Shown here: positions 19,790-29,791 of the stretch, piece after piece
Layout: each line of letters opens with the position of its first letter
Position numbering within the stretch: position 1 is the stretch's first letter
From: an uncultured Poribacteria bacterium
GTDB taxonomy: Bacteria; Poribacteria; WGA-4E; WGA-3G
Direction: 5' to 3'
NCBI GenBank assembly: GCA_951813565.1
Contig: OX638351.1
Coordinates: 4,288,001 to 4,352,000 of the forward strand
DNA: 64,000 nt
Translations under genes and position numbers: made by a program
Notes under the pieces: model-generated
What the model saw: only the letters and a program-made list of their open reading frames with translations
The model's database searches: none
Told to the model about the DNA's origin: nothing

Positions 19790-20584
19790 ATGAAGATTAC
19801 GATTTTGGGTTCAGGTACTTCAACAGGTGTACCTGAGTATAAATGTGAGTGCGAAACCTGTCAAGATTCTATGCAGGTTGGGTCAAAAAACTATCGCACG
19901 CGTTCGTCTGTACATATTGAAAAGGATGGAAAACATCTCCAATTTGACCTCGGTCCAAACTTCATGGATCAAATTAATCGGAATAAGATTGAATGGATAG
20001 ATGCAGTCATCTTTACGCACTGTCATGCAGACCATATCAGCGGAACAAACGACATCGTGATGCCGTGCCGAAAACAACGGATGGATATGCCTATATATGG
20101 TCCTGAACAGACAATTGAGATTCTGCAACGCAACTTCTATTATATGTTTACCAAAGAGACGTTCCAAGGCGGCGGTGTAGGACACTTACTACCGAACGTT
20201 GTTGATGGGAAATTCCAGTTGCACGGTTTTGACATTACACCTATTCCAGTAGAACATGGAAACGTTGATACAAACGGCTATCGAATTGACAACTTCGGGT
20301 ACATACCAGATATAAAACTATTACCAGAAACATCGCAAGCACTGCTTGAAGGGATAGAAGTATTAGTAATTGATGCCTTAAGTTTCAATCCGGGCCATCC
20401 AACACATCAATCGGTTGGACAGGCATTGGAGATTAGTGCAGCCTTACAACCGAAAGAGACCTATTTTACGCATATTATGCACCGACTTGACCATCGGTAT
20501 TTCAAGGATCAGTGTGCGGAGCAGAACATTGAACTCCCCGATAACGCCTACCTCGCCTATGATGGGCAAGTGATTATGTTGTAA
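19790..20584 (+). CDS. Metallo-beta-lactamase-fold hydrolase (PhnP/YycJ-like)
   Basis: LGSGTSTGVP..C.C..C and THCHADH motifs. Confidence 0.93.
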   Translation: MKITILGSGTSTGVPEYKCECETCQDSMQVGSKNYRTRSSVHIEKDGKHLQFDLGPNFMDQINRNKIEWIDAVIFTHCHADHISGTNDIVMPCRKQRMDMPIYGPEQTIEILQRNFYYMFTKETFQGGGVGHLLPNVVDGKFQLHGFDITPIPVEHGNVDTNGYRIDNFGYIPDIKLLPETSQALLEGIEVLVIDALSFNPGHPTHQSVGQALEISAALQPKETYFTHIMHRLDHRYFKDQCAEQNIELPDNAYLAYDGQVIML

Positions 20585-21361
20585 TACCAAATTAACGGGA
20601 TTTGTTTCATTTTTCTGGATAGACAGCGCGCTTACATGAGGATTAAAAATATATTTCGGTAATTTCTAACGATAGACATCTTGTTTTATCTTTTTCTTGT
20701 GTGAGGTTCATTATCTTGTTGTCTGAATCACGGAAGGCACGGAGTTCACGGAAGTCCTTTCTATTCATTTATGTTTCTTCTAATCAGAAATAGTAATGAA
20801 ACGGAAATGCTTCTGCGTCTTCCGCGTTCTCTGCGCCTTCCGTGATTCAGACAGAAAAGGGATCAGATTACCGAATTAATAACTTAATCTTCATCAAAGC
20901 GCGCCTACAAGTTGAAGCAAGTTAATTGAGGGGTGTGCATAAATAATTCCGATGTTATAGTAAAACCTATAATTACTGGGACACTTCTGTAGCGCAACCT
21001 TTTAGTTTGCGTCTCATAAGGCACAAACTAAAAGGTTGCGCTACAACTTCTATTGTCTATTATCTTTCCAAGACAAGTTTATCAAAGTGTCCCAATAATT
21101 TCAAAGTTCACTATAAATATGTGCTTAAAGGTAGTCCGCACACGCCGTGGGTTTCCGTCCACAAGTTCAAAGAGGCGCAGCATGCCACACGGGGAATGCC
21201 ATAAGGCATTCGGACCGTTGATTTGGCGCATGCTGCGTTGATTTGGCAATGAATTGCGCGACTACAAACGGCATTTCTATAAATCAAGCGGCGCCTGGCG
21301 TCTGTCCCTGTCTGTGTTGATGCGCCAAATATTTATGCACACTCCTCAGTTAATTTGGTAT
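20584..21361. mobile_element. Nested MITE/REP composite
   Basis: Outer 13-bp perfect inverted repeat ATACCAAATTAAC; inner inverted-repeat elements at 20636-20894, 20927-21348 (GTTAAT duplication) and 20955-21116; REPs and micro-insertions inside. Confidence 0.8.
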
Positions 21362-21473
21362 AATTAGTTTGCAGTTATCGGTTAAAGCAATCAACACCGA
21401 ATACCATAAGCGGATTCGGTGTTGATTTTTGGCAAACGAAAATCGTTTCAGCAATTACAGTAGTATCTATTCT

Positions 21474-23354
21474 TTATCTTCCCCAACCCATCTGCGGTCT
21501 TTGTCGCCGTTGTAGGATGACTCGGTCACCCTCAGTGATTCCGCTTTTGACGATTACAACTGTTTCGTTTTGCATGCCAGTTTCAATAGGTGTTTCAATG
21601 CCTTTGCCGCCGTTGTCTAACATGACAAACTTTCCTTTTGAAACACTTACCTGCGCTTGAACGCCATCAGCTTTCTTTTCATCATTGACTAAGAGTGAGA
21701 CAGTTGCGGGCCCGGGGATAATACCGCGTTGCGAAGCATCCAAGTCGATTGTAACGCTACCATTTCCAACGCTTTCAACGGTTCCGTTAAATGTTTTCTC
21801 ACTGATAGTCTGCATAGCAACCGGTTTTCCTACTTTGAAAGGTGACGTGTTTCCTACCTGAGCGACAACGGTAGCAGAATTCTTGTTAATTACAGCATCA
21901 ATGGGGATCAACAATACGTTCTTTTCTTCGTAAGTAATGATGTCAACATCGGCACTCATTCCAGGGCGGATGTCATGAGCTGTATCAACTACCTCTATCA
22001 TCACCTCAAACGAGATAATGTTATCTTGCTGTCGACCACTTTGGGAAATCTCATACACCTGACCGTTAAACCTTTTTGTTTGAAAGGCATCAATCTTGAT
22101 ATCTGCAGCTTGACCCTCATCAAGCCGTTCCATATCAACTTCGTTGATAAAGGTTTTGACAACCATTTTTGATAGGTCCGCAATGGTCATAATCGGTGGA
22201 CTCTGCGAAAAAGCTGAACGTCCAGATGTTACAATCTCACCCTGTTCTATCTCAAGTTGCGTAACAGTGCCGGACATAGGTGCTTTAATTACCGTCCAAG
22301 CAAGTCGTTCATCCTGATTCTTCAAGCTACTTTGCCGGCGAAGGAGATTGGCATCGGAACTGACTCTGGATTGTTCCGTCAACAATTTCTCATTATTAAT
22401 TGTTAATTGAAGTTCCTGCAACTGTGTTTCGGCATTATCCAAACGAATTTGACTCTCCTCTTCCGCCTTAGCGCGCGTTTTTTTAAGGTGTCCAAGGTTT
22501 AATTCTTGGTATTGCAACTGTGCTTCACGCGTCTTAATAGCTGTTTTACGTGCTTGAATGGTACGCTCTTGTGATTTGATGGTTTGTTTCTGCGATTCCA
22601 CCCGTTTAGTCGCATTTTTGTATTGTGAGTCTGAACTGGCATGCCGAGATTCAGCGTCTTCTAACGTCTTTTTGGAAACCAATTCTTCCTCAAAAAGGGA
22701 TTTATTTCTTTCAAATTCTGACAAGGCAGTGTCCAATGCAACCTTTGCAGATTCAAGCGATGTTTCATATTCTGCAAGTGATAACTTCGCTTGCTCAAGT
22801 GAAATTCCTGCCTGCTCCAAAGCAATCTTATCTTGTTCTAACGAATTCTTTGTTGCCTGGATGTCGGTTTCAGCTGAGCTTATCCGTGTTAACGATTCCG
22901 CTTTGGTTGTTTCAAGACTGGCTTCAGCGATTTTAACAGCAGCTTTTTTCTGCGTAAGATCGCTGTTTAAACGTTCTTTTTTGAGTTCTATATTTAATTC
23001 TGACTGCATTAACTGTGCTTCAGCTGCTTTAACATCCGCCTGAGCCTGTTTCTGTTCCTCTACATATATTTTGGGGTCAAGCTCAACCAAAATATCGCCT
23101 TCTTCAACGGGATCGCCATCATTGACGTGGAGTCTAACGACTTCCCCTTCAACGTTGGATTTTACTTCTACATCAATGAGTGGTTCTAAATTGCCGGTCG
23201 CTCTGATAGTCATTCGGAAATCACCGAGTTTGACAATCTCAATTTTGGGTGCAAGTGCTGGGTCAACTCCGTTTTTGCCACGACTAAGTACAACCCATCC
23301 TACCGCCCCAATAAGAACGACAATGATAGCAACAGTAATAATTAACTTTTTCAA
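21474..23354 (-). CDS. Efflux periplasmic adaptor (MacA/HlyD-like) with a long coiled coil
   Basis: N-terminal anchor, lipoyl half-motifs (GEVVRLHVNDGD; IKAPMSGTV), RPGMSADVDI. Confidence 0.92.
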   Translation of the reverse strand: MKKLIITVAIIVVLIGAVGWVVLSRGKNGVDPALAPKIEIVKLGDFRMTIRATGNLEPLIDVEVKSNVEGEVVRLHVNDGDPVEEGDILVELDPKIYVEEQKQAQADVKAAEAQLMQSELNIELKKERLNSDLTQKKAAVKIAEASLETTKAESLTRISSAETDIQATKNSLEQDKIALEQAGISLEQAKLSLAEYETSLESAKVALDTALSEFERNKSLFEEELVSKKTLEDAESRHASSDSQYKNATKRVESQKQTIKSQERTIQARKTAIKTREAQLQYQELNLGHLKKTRAKAEEESQIRLDNAETQLQELQLTINNEKLLTEQSRVSSDANLLRRQSSLKNQDERLAWTVIKAPMSGTVTQLEIEQGEIVTSGRSAFSQSPPIMTIADLSKMVVKTFINEVDMERLDEGQAADIKIDAFQTKRFNGQVYEISQSGRQQDNIISFEVMIEVVDTAHDIRPGMSADVDIITYEEKNVLLIPIDAVINKNSATVVAQVGNTSPFKVGKPVAMQTISEKTFNGTVESVGNGSVTIDLDASQRGIIPGPATVSLLVNDEKKADGVQAQVSVSKGKFVMLDNGGKGIETPIETGMQNETVVIVKSGITEGDRVILQRRQRPQMGWGR

Positions 23355-23468
23355 AACCTATTCCTCCTATAATGTTTGGAAGGTGTATAACAAACGGACA
23401 CCCCGAAAATATAAACTGTCTGAAATCCATAGTCCTATCTGTCCGTATGTTTAACCATTCATAATGAT

Positions 23469-24785
23469 CTAATCCGTTCGAAGTGCTTCAACAGGTGTGA
23501 GTTTTGCCGCCTTGTGTGCAGGGTAAAGCCCAAAAAACACGCCAATAGCGACAGATACAAGCAAAGCAATGAACATTGTTTCAAATGAAATAACTGAAGG
23601 CCAGTTACTGCCTTCCCACACAAACTTGGAAATGAGTGCAGCAGTGCCTTGCCCCATAAAAACACCTAAAATTGACCCAAGAATTCCTCCCATTAAAGTT
23701 AGAACGGATGCCTCAATCAAGAATTGCGTTATGATGTCGTTGAAGGTTGCGCCGAGTGCTTTACGCAGTCCAATTTCTTTCGTGCGGTCAGTTACGGATA
23801 CGAGCATGATATTCATCACACCGATACCTGCAACCATCAAAGCAATCCCCGCTATACCGCCCATTAAGGCTTTCATGACTAAACCAACTTTATTGGCAGT
23901 TGCCAATTCCTCTTCGGCCGTCCAATAGTTATATTCCTCGCCTGTGTTGTTGTGTATTCTACCTAAAATCTGTTTTGAATCCGATATTGCAAGCGGAATT
24001 GTGTCTATGTCTACAGCTTCGACGCGAATCCGTTCAACATCTTGGCGCCCTTTAAAACGTTCTTGGAGTGTAGTTATCGGAATGATGAACCTATCATCCC
24101 AACCGGTAGTGTCCATGGCATCGCCCTTCTCTTCCATCACACCGATGACCTTAAGGCGCACCTCATATAGTCCACTCTTACCCCGCCAATAAGTAGGTCG
24201 AGAAGCTTTTATCTCTTTCCCAACCGGGTCTTGATTGAGAAATACCTCTTCCGCAATTTTAGAACCGATCACAGCAACGCTGCTGGCAGCTTCTACCTCA
24301 TCCGCGTTGAAAAATCTACCGCTTGAGGTGTACCAGTTGTGCGAACGATCATACCCAGCTGTTGACGCAACAATTCGGGATTCTTTCTTACGTCCTTTGT
24401 AGCTCACGCTCCAGCCCGGCATATCATCTTCTGCAACCACATCAACGATACCGCGTGCATTCTTTAAGATTTCAAAAGCATCATCTGTTTCCAAATGCTC
24501 AGCGCGGTTTCTACGCCAACGACTCCTGCCTCTGACAGCTTCACCTGCTGCTCGACTTAATGTACCTGATTGCTTATCCCAATCATCTTTATAGATTTCA
24601 ACAATCTTTGTGCCGCCAGTCCGTTCAATCTCTCGTAATACCATAGCCGCGGAACCGTCACCAACAGACACCATACTGACGACAGAACCAACGCCGACAA
24701 TTATTCCTAAAATTGTCAGGCTGGAGCGGAGCGGGTTTCGTCGCAAACTGGTGATGCCTAAAATAACACATTCAAATAAGTTCAT
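23469..24785 (-). CDS. MacB/FtsX-like ABC transporter permease
   Basis: RSSLTILGIIVG, GVMNIMLVSVTDRTKEIGLRKALGA. Confidence 0.94.
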   Translation of the reverse strand: MNLFECVILGITSLRRNPLRSSLTILGIIVGVGSVVSMVSVGDGSAAMVLREIERTGGTKIVEIYKDDWDKQSGTLSRAAGEAVRGRSRWRRNRAEHLETDDAFEILKNARGIVDVVAEDDMPGWSVSYKGRKKESRIVASTAGYDRSHNWYTSSGRFFNADEVEAASSVAVIGSKIAEEVFLNQDPVGKEIKASRPTYWRGKSGLYEVRLKVIGVMEEKGDAMDTTGWDDRFIIPITTLQERFKGRQDVERIRVEAVDIDTIPLAISDSKQILGRIHNNTGEEYNYWTAEEELATANKVGLVMKALMGGIAGIALMVAGIGVMNIMLVSVTDRTKEIGLRKALGATFNDIITQFLIEASVLTLMGGILGSILGVFMGQGTAALISKFVWEGSNWPSVISFETMFIALLVSVAIGVFFGLYPAHKAAKLTPVEALRTD

Positions 24786-24797
24786 TTAGACCTCCTC

Positions 24798-26099
24798 TTA
24801 CTCAGTGCGGAGTGCTTCTATCGGGGAAAGGGCGGACGCTTTTAGTGCAGGATAGAGTCCAAAAGAGATACCAATCAACGCAGAAAATGAGACGGAAATA
24901 ATAACCCACTGCATAGAGATGACTGAGGGCCAATCCGGCACCATCTTGACGATCTTCACAGCAAGAAGTGCCATACCTTCGCCTGCGAGATAACCTATCC
25001 CAACACCGATAGCACCACCTATAATGCACATCACAATTGACTCTATAAGAAACTGTAGCATAATATCTAAGCGTTTAGCGCCAAGTGCTTTCCGAAGACC
25101 GATTTCACGCGTGCGTTCACTAACTGCTACCAACATCATATTCATTATTCCAATACCACCGACAAGCAGCGAAAAACCAGCTATACTACCCAACGCAATT
25201 TTTATCACTTTACTAATTTTATCTAACTGCGCCATACCTTCACGCATATCTCTGAGACTGAAGAAATCATCCTGATTCTTATGGCGTGTTCTCATGACTG
25301 CTTTCACCTCTTCTATTGCTTTCGGAACATCGTCAACGGTGTTGGCGTGAACAGATAACATTACAATGTGATCGTTACCGGTAAAACGCTCTTGTGCCGT
25401 TGTGATGGGGATGAAAACCATATCGTCAAGGTTCCATCCAAATCGAAGACTTCTGCCACGGCCTTCCATTGTTCCGACAACGGTAAAACGTTCAGCGATC
25501 CGGACATGATCCCCTCTGCCATATCTATCAAATCTGCCTCCACCTCTACCGATTTTGATTTCCTCGTTTATAGGAGATCTGTTACCGAATAGGTTAAATG
25601 CAACCTCAGTGCCTAAAACGCAAACTTTCGCTTTGTTTTCAATATCCTCATCGGAAATAAAACGTCCTTCCTGAATTTTCCAGTCCATCGCTTCCGAAAA
25701 TGAGGAATTAACACCATTATAACCGCTGCGAGTTTCAGACCCATCATTAGTTTGAATCTGGACACCCCGCCATTCTGGAATTCTGGGGACAACGACTTTC
25801 ACCGATGGACATTCCGCCTCAATAGCTAATACGTCTTCGTACTTGAAATATTCGTTGCTACGGTTCGGCATCCAACGACTTCCAACTCGCTTGTAGCTGC
25901 TGCGATACATTGTGAATTGGTTGACACCACCCAGTTTTTGGGCATCTTGTAACACAATTTCTTTAGCACCATCACCGATTGAGATCATCGCAAGCACAGA
26001 GGCAACACCGATGATAATACCAAGCATTGTTAGCAACGATCGCAGTTTATTGCTACGAATTGCAGAAACCCCAACGGATAATCCCTCAAATATGCGCAT
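24798..26099 (-). CDS. MacB/FtsX-like ABC transporter permease
   Basis: RSLLTMLGIIIG, GIMNMMLVAVSERTREIGLRKALGA. Confidence 0.94.
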   Translation of the reverse strand: MRIFEGLSVGVSAIRSNKLRSLLTMLGIIIGVASVLAMISIGDGAKEIVLQDAQKLGGVNQFTMYRSSYKRVGSRWMPNRSNEYFKYEDVLAIEAECPSVKVVVPRIPEWRGVQIQTNDGSETRSGYNGVNSSFSEAMDWKIQEGRFISDEDIENKAKVCVLGTEVAFNLFGNRSPINEEIKIGRGGGRFDRYGRGDHVRIAERFTVVGTMEGRGRSLRFGWNLDDMVFIPITTAQERFTGNDHIVMLSVHANTVDDVPKAIEEVKAVMRTRHKNQDDFFSLRDMREGMAQLDKISKVIKIALGSIAGFSLLVGGIGIMNMMLVAVSERTREIGLRKALGAKRLDIMLQFLIESIVMCIIGGAIGVGIGYLAGEGMALLAVKIVKMVPDWPSVISMQWVIISVSFSALIGISFGLYPALKASALSPIEALRTE

Positions 26100-26330
26100 T
26101 TCTTGTCTCCAAAGACTTATAAAAAGATTAAACTTTCATGCCTTGTAATTTAGACAGAAAAAAGCAGATAAGGTTCGGACAATTAGAAAAAGGTGAGAAT
26201 ACTATCTCCTTCCTTATTTGCCAAGAGTTTAATGATGTTATTTGGAACACAATTATGCTATTTTTGACGTTTTAATTAGAAAAAAGGTTTATTGTAAAGT
26301 GAATGTGATTAAATTGTGTATAAAACTTAT

Positions 26331-26360
26331 TTGACAAAATTCAACGAAAACTGGTATAAT
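26331..26360 (+). promoter_or_regulatory. Sigma70-like promoter of the tcmP/DUF5131 pair
   Basis: TTGACA-18 nt-TATAAT with a TG extension, about 40 nt upstream of the start codon. Confidence 0.65.
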
Positions 26361-26402
26361 GTGATATAGTGATAATTTGTTTAACTTAAATCGGGGAGCA
26401 GG

Positions 26403-27311
26403 ATGAATACTATTGGTCAGAGTTTTGGTGGAAACTGGACAGAGCAAAAGTTGGATTGTGTGCGGAAATATCTGAAAGCTTACACAACGATTATGAATAA
26501 GCAGCCATTTAAATTTGCTTATATAGATGCCTTTGCAGGAACTGGCTATCGTGAACTCATGCTTGATGAAGATGAAAGTGAAACATTATTTCCAGAACTT
26601 GACTCTCAAGAGGTAATCAACTTTCGGCAAGGTTCGGCACGTAATGCTCTGGAAGCAGAACCGCCGTTTGAGAAATATATTTTTATAGAAGAAGATAAGG
26701 AAAATTACTCCGAACTGGAAAAACTCACCGAAGAATTCTCTAAAAAAAATATTGAGTGTAGACGTACGGATGCAAATGAATATTTGACTGATGTTTGTAA
26801 TAAGAATTGGGAACAACATCGGGCGTTAGTATTTCTCGATCCATTTGGTATGCAGGTAGAATGGAAGACAATAAAATTAATTGCCGACACACAGGCTATT
26901 GATTTATGGTTACTTTTCCCAATTGGCACCGTCAACAGGTTGCTAAAAAGGAATAGTGATATTCGTCAGTCTATACGGGAAAAACTAAACCAATTTTTGG
27001 GTGAAGAAGGTTGGTATAAGGTGTTCTACAAACTGGCTTATGAAAATTCACTATTTGGTGAAGTTGAGCGATGGGAAAAAGTTGGTAATATATTTACAGA
27101 AATTGAACAATACTTCATGAAGCGACTACAAGGAATTTTTACTGGTGTAGCAACTAATCCACTTTCTCTACGCAATTCGAAAAATGTTCCATTGTACCTG
27201 TTGTGTTTTGCAGCTGGGAATCCAAAAGGTGCCCCAATTGCAGTTAAAATTGCAGAAGACATCCTTTTAAAAGAGTTGTGCCAAGGATCCTCATTACAAC
27301 AGTTAGATTAG
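26403..27311 (+). CDS. tcmP: Three-Cys-motif partner protein TcmP (SAM-dependent methyltransferase-like fold)
   Basis: WTEQKL..Y, YIDAFAGTG, GSA, FIE, FLDPFG and YLLCFA motifs; adjacent to a DUF5131 gene. Confidence 0.88.
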   Translation: MNTIGQSFGGNWTEQKLDCVRKYLKAYTTIMNKQPFKFAYIDAFAGTGYRELMLDEDESETLFPELDSQEVINFRQGSARNALEAEPPFEKYIFIEEDKENYSELEKLTEEFSKKNIECRRTDANEYLTDVCNKNWEQHRALVFLDPFGMQVEWKTIKLIADTQAIDLWLLFPIGTVNRLLKRNSDIRQSIREKLNQFLGEEGWYKVFYKLAYENSLFGEVERWEKVGNIFTEIEQYFMKRLQGIFTGVATNPLSLRNSKNVPLYLLCFAAGNPKGAPIAVKIAEDILLKELCQGSSLQQLD

Positions 27312-27332
27312 AATTTCCATAAGGAGCAATAA

Positions 27333-28073
27333 ATGGCAACCTTATCTTCAAAAATCGAATGGACTGAATCTACTTGGAACCCTGTGCGCGGCTGTACTCG
27401 TGTATCTGAAGGGTGTAGGTTTTGTTACGCTGAACGCATTGCAGCACGGTTTTCTGGTAAAGGCTTGGCTTACGAAGGTTTTGCAAAAAACACTAAAGCT
27501 GGACCACAATGGACACATAAAGTTGACCCTATTCGCGCTTTACTTAATGAACCATTAAAATGGAAAAAACCCCGCCGAATTTTTGTTAACTCTATGAGTG
27601 ATCTGTTCCATGAAGAGATCAAATTGGATTATATTCAAGAAGTTTTTTCTGTGATGGAAGAGGCGAGTTGGCATAAATTCCAAGTTTTGACAAAACGAGC
27701 ATGGCGGCTTTTGGAATATAGTCCGAAGTTGCCGTGGCCTTCGAACGTTTGGATGGGGGTTAGCGTTGAGGATAACCGCGTGATGGATCGGATTGACGAT
27801 TTACGTCAAACGGGTGCGAAAATTAAATTTCTTTCGCTTGAACCACTTATTGGTCCTCTCCCGCATTTGGATTTGAGTGGTATAGATTGGGTTATCGTGG
27901 GTGGAGAGTCTGGTCCCGGTGCCCGCGAAATGAAGGAGGAATGGGTTGTTGACATCAAAGACCAGTGTGAAAAAGAAAATGTGTTATTTTTCTTTAAACA
28001 GTGGGGTGGCACGCGCAAATCAAAAACGGGTAGAGAGTTGGATGGACAAACTTATGACGAAATGCCAGGATAA
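27333..28073 (+). CDS. Phage Gp37/Gp68 family (DUF5131) three-Cys radical-SAM-like protein
   Basis: IEWTESTWNP, CTRVSEGCRFCYA (Cx6Cx2C), FVNSMSDLFH, WVIVGGESG and FFFKQWGG motifs. Confidence 0.93.
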   Translation: MATLSSKIEWTESTWNPVRGCTRVSEGCRFCYAERIAARFSGKGLAYEGFAKNTKAGPQWTHKVDPIRALLNEPLKWKKPRRIFVNSMSDLFHEEIKLDYIQEVFSVMEEASWHKFQVLTKRAWRLLEYSPKLPWPSNVWMGVSVEDNRVMDRIDDLRQTGAKIKFLSLEPLIGPLPHLDLSGIDWVIVGGESGPGAREMKEEWVVDIKDQCEKENVLFFFKQWGGTRKSKTGRELDGQTYDEMPG

Positions 28074-28078
28074 GGAAT

Positions 28079-29380
28079 TTATTCAGTACGCAATGCCTCA
28101 ATAGGTGAAAGTGAAGACGCTTTTATTGCTGGATATAACCCAAAAGAGATACCGATTAACGCTGAGAACGATATTGAAATCAAAACCCATTCTGTTGAAA
28201 CAACCGAGGGCCATTCAGGCACAATTTTGGCGATTTTAACAGCGAGAAGTGCCATTCCCTGCCCAGCAAAGACGCCCAGACCAATTCCTATCAGTCCTCC
28301 CAAACCACACATCACAACTGCTTCCATTAGGAATTGAATAAGAATGTCAAATCGTTTTGCGCCCAGAGCCTTCCGCAGTCCTATTTCACGCGTCCGTTCG
28401 CTGACAGCAACCAGCATCATGTTCATAATACCGATACCACCGACAAGCAGCGAAAAACCAGCAATACTACCCAACGCTATCTTAATCACTCTGCTGATTT
28501 TCTCCAACTGCGCCATACCTTCACGCATATCAAAGATTCTGATGAAATCATCTTGGTTCCTGTGCCGCTTGCGGATGACTGCTTTTACTTCTTCTATTGC
28601 CTTCGGAACATCTTCAACAGTGTTTGCATAAACGACAATATCCTGTATCCGATCATCGCCAGTAAAACGTTCTTGCGTGGTTGAAAACGGCATAAAGACA
28701 AGACCGTCGTAACTCCAACCAAATCGGAGACTTCTGCCTCTTGGTGTCATTGTTCCTACAACCGTAAAACGTTCGGTTGATCGCTTGCGGTCCCTACGGC
28801 CGTATCGGTCATAACGTCCGTCACCTTTTGCGATTTTTATTTCCTGGCCGAGCGGAGATTTATCACCGAATAAGTCAGTTGCAATCTCATCTCCAAGTAC
28901 ACAGACAGTCGCAGCATTTTCCACATCTTCATCAGAAATAAATCGTCCCTCTTGAATTTTCCAGTCCATTGAAGTATGATAGGTAGCATCTACACCATTA
29001 TATCCAGCACGGGTTTGCGTGCCTCCTGCAGCTTCAATTAACGCACCTCTCCATTCTGGAATTCTTGGGGTCACTGCCTTCACGGACGGACATTCAGCCT
29101 CAATTGCCAACACATCGTCGTATTTCATGTACTCGTTACTACGGATTCTAACCCATTGCGATCCTACCCGTTTATACCATGTGCGATAGATAGTAAACTG
29201 GTTTGCCCCTCCCAGTTTTTGAGCATCACGCAAAACAATCTCCTTCGCACCATCACCGATTGAAATCATTGCAAGCACAGACGCAACGCCGATGATAATC
29301 CCAAGCATTGTTAGCAATGATCGCATCTTATTAGAGCGAATGGCGGTGATCCCGACAAATAGTGCCTCTATCAATTGCAT
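28079..29380 (-). CDS. MacB/FtsX-like ABC transporter permease
   Basis: Close paralog of 24798-26099 with the same 433-aa length. Confidence 0.94.
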   Translation of the reverse strand: MQLIEALFVGITAIRSNKMRSLLTMLGIIIGVASVLAMISIGDGAKEIVLRDAQKLGGANQFTIYRTWYKRVGSQWVRIRSNEYMKYDDVLAIEAECPSVKAVTPRIPEWRGALIEAAGGTQTRAGYNGVDATYHTSMDWKIQEGRFISDEDVENAATVCVLGDEIATDLFGDKSPLGQEIKIAKGDGRYDRYGRRDRKRSTERFTVVGTMTPRGRSLRFGWSYDGLVFMPFSTTQERFTGDDRIQDIVVYANTVEDVPKAIEEVKAVIRKRHRNQDDFIRIFDMREGMAQLEKISRVIKIALGSIAGFSLLVGGIGIMNMMLVAVSERTREIGLRKALGAKRFDILIQFLMEAVVMCGLGGLIGIGLGVFAGQGMALLAVKIAKIVPEWPSVVSTEWVLISISFSALIGISFGLYPAIKASSLSPIEALRTE

Positions 29381-29576
29381 TTTATTCTCCGAAAATTTTA
29401 AGATATTGACAATATATAAAAATTTTAGACACCTGATGGCAAGCGTGCTTTGTAAACATAACGATCTACAATTGCAATTAATGTGTTGAAATTCAATCTT
29501 GTTTTCAACTTTAGACGTGATTATAAAAATAGGTTTATTGGGATAGGTTCAAGGTGTGGAATATATTTGAATTCTT

Positions 29577-29780
29577 TTATATTGAAATTCATAATTATTT
29601 GGACATTCTGTTCTTATGCGGATTTCAAACACACGGTAAATGTCCGAGGCGACAAGTCATGGTGAATACCATACGCGTATTCGCCCAAGTGCGCTTGGCG
29701 TTGATTTGGCAATGAATTGCGCGACTACAAACGCCGCTAACCTTAAGAAAATGTCCAGTTATTTTTCGATTTTACTATAA
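29577..29780. mobile_element. TATAGT-type MITE-like element containing an interrupted REP
   Basis: Termini TTATATTGAAATTCATAATTATTTGGACATT / AATGTCCAGTTATTTTTCGATTTTACTATAA; 58-bp insert at 29651-29708. Confidence 0.7.
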
Positions 29781-29791
29781 ACTGATAGTAC

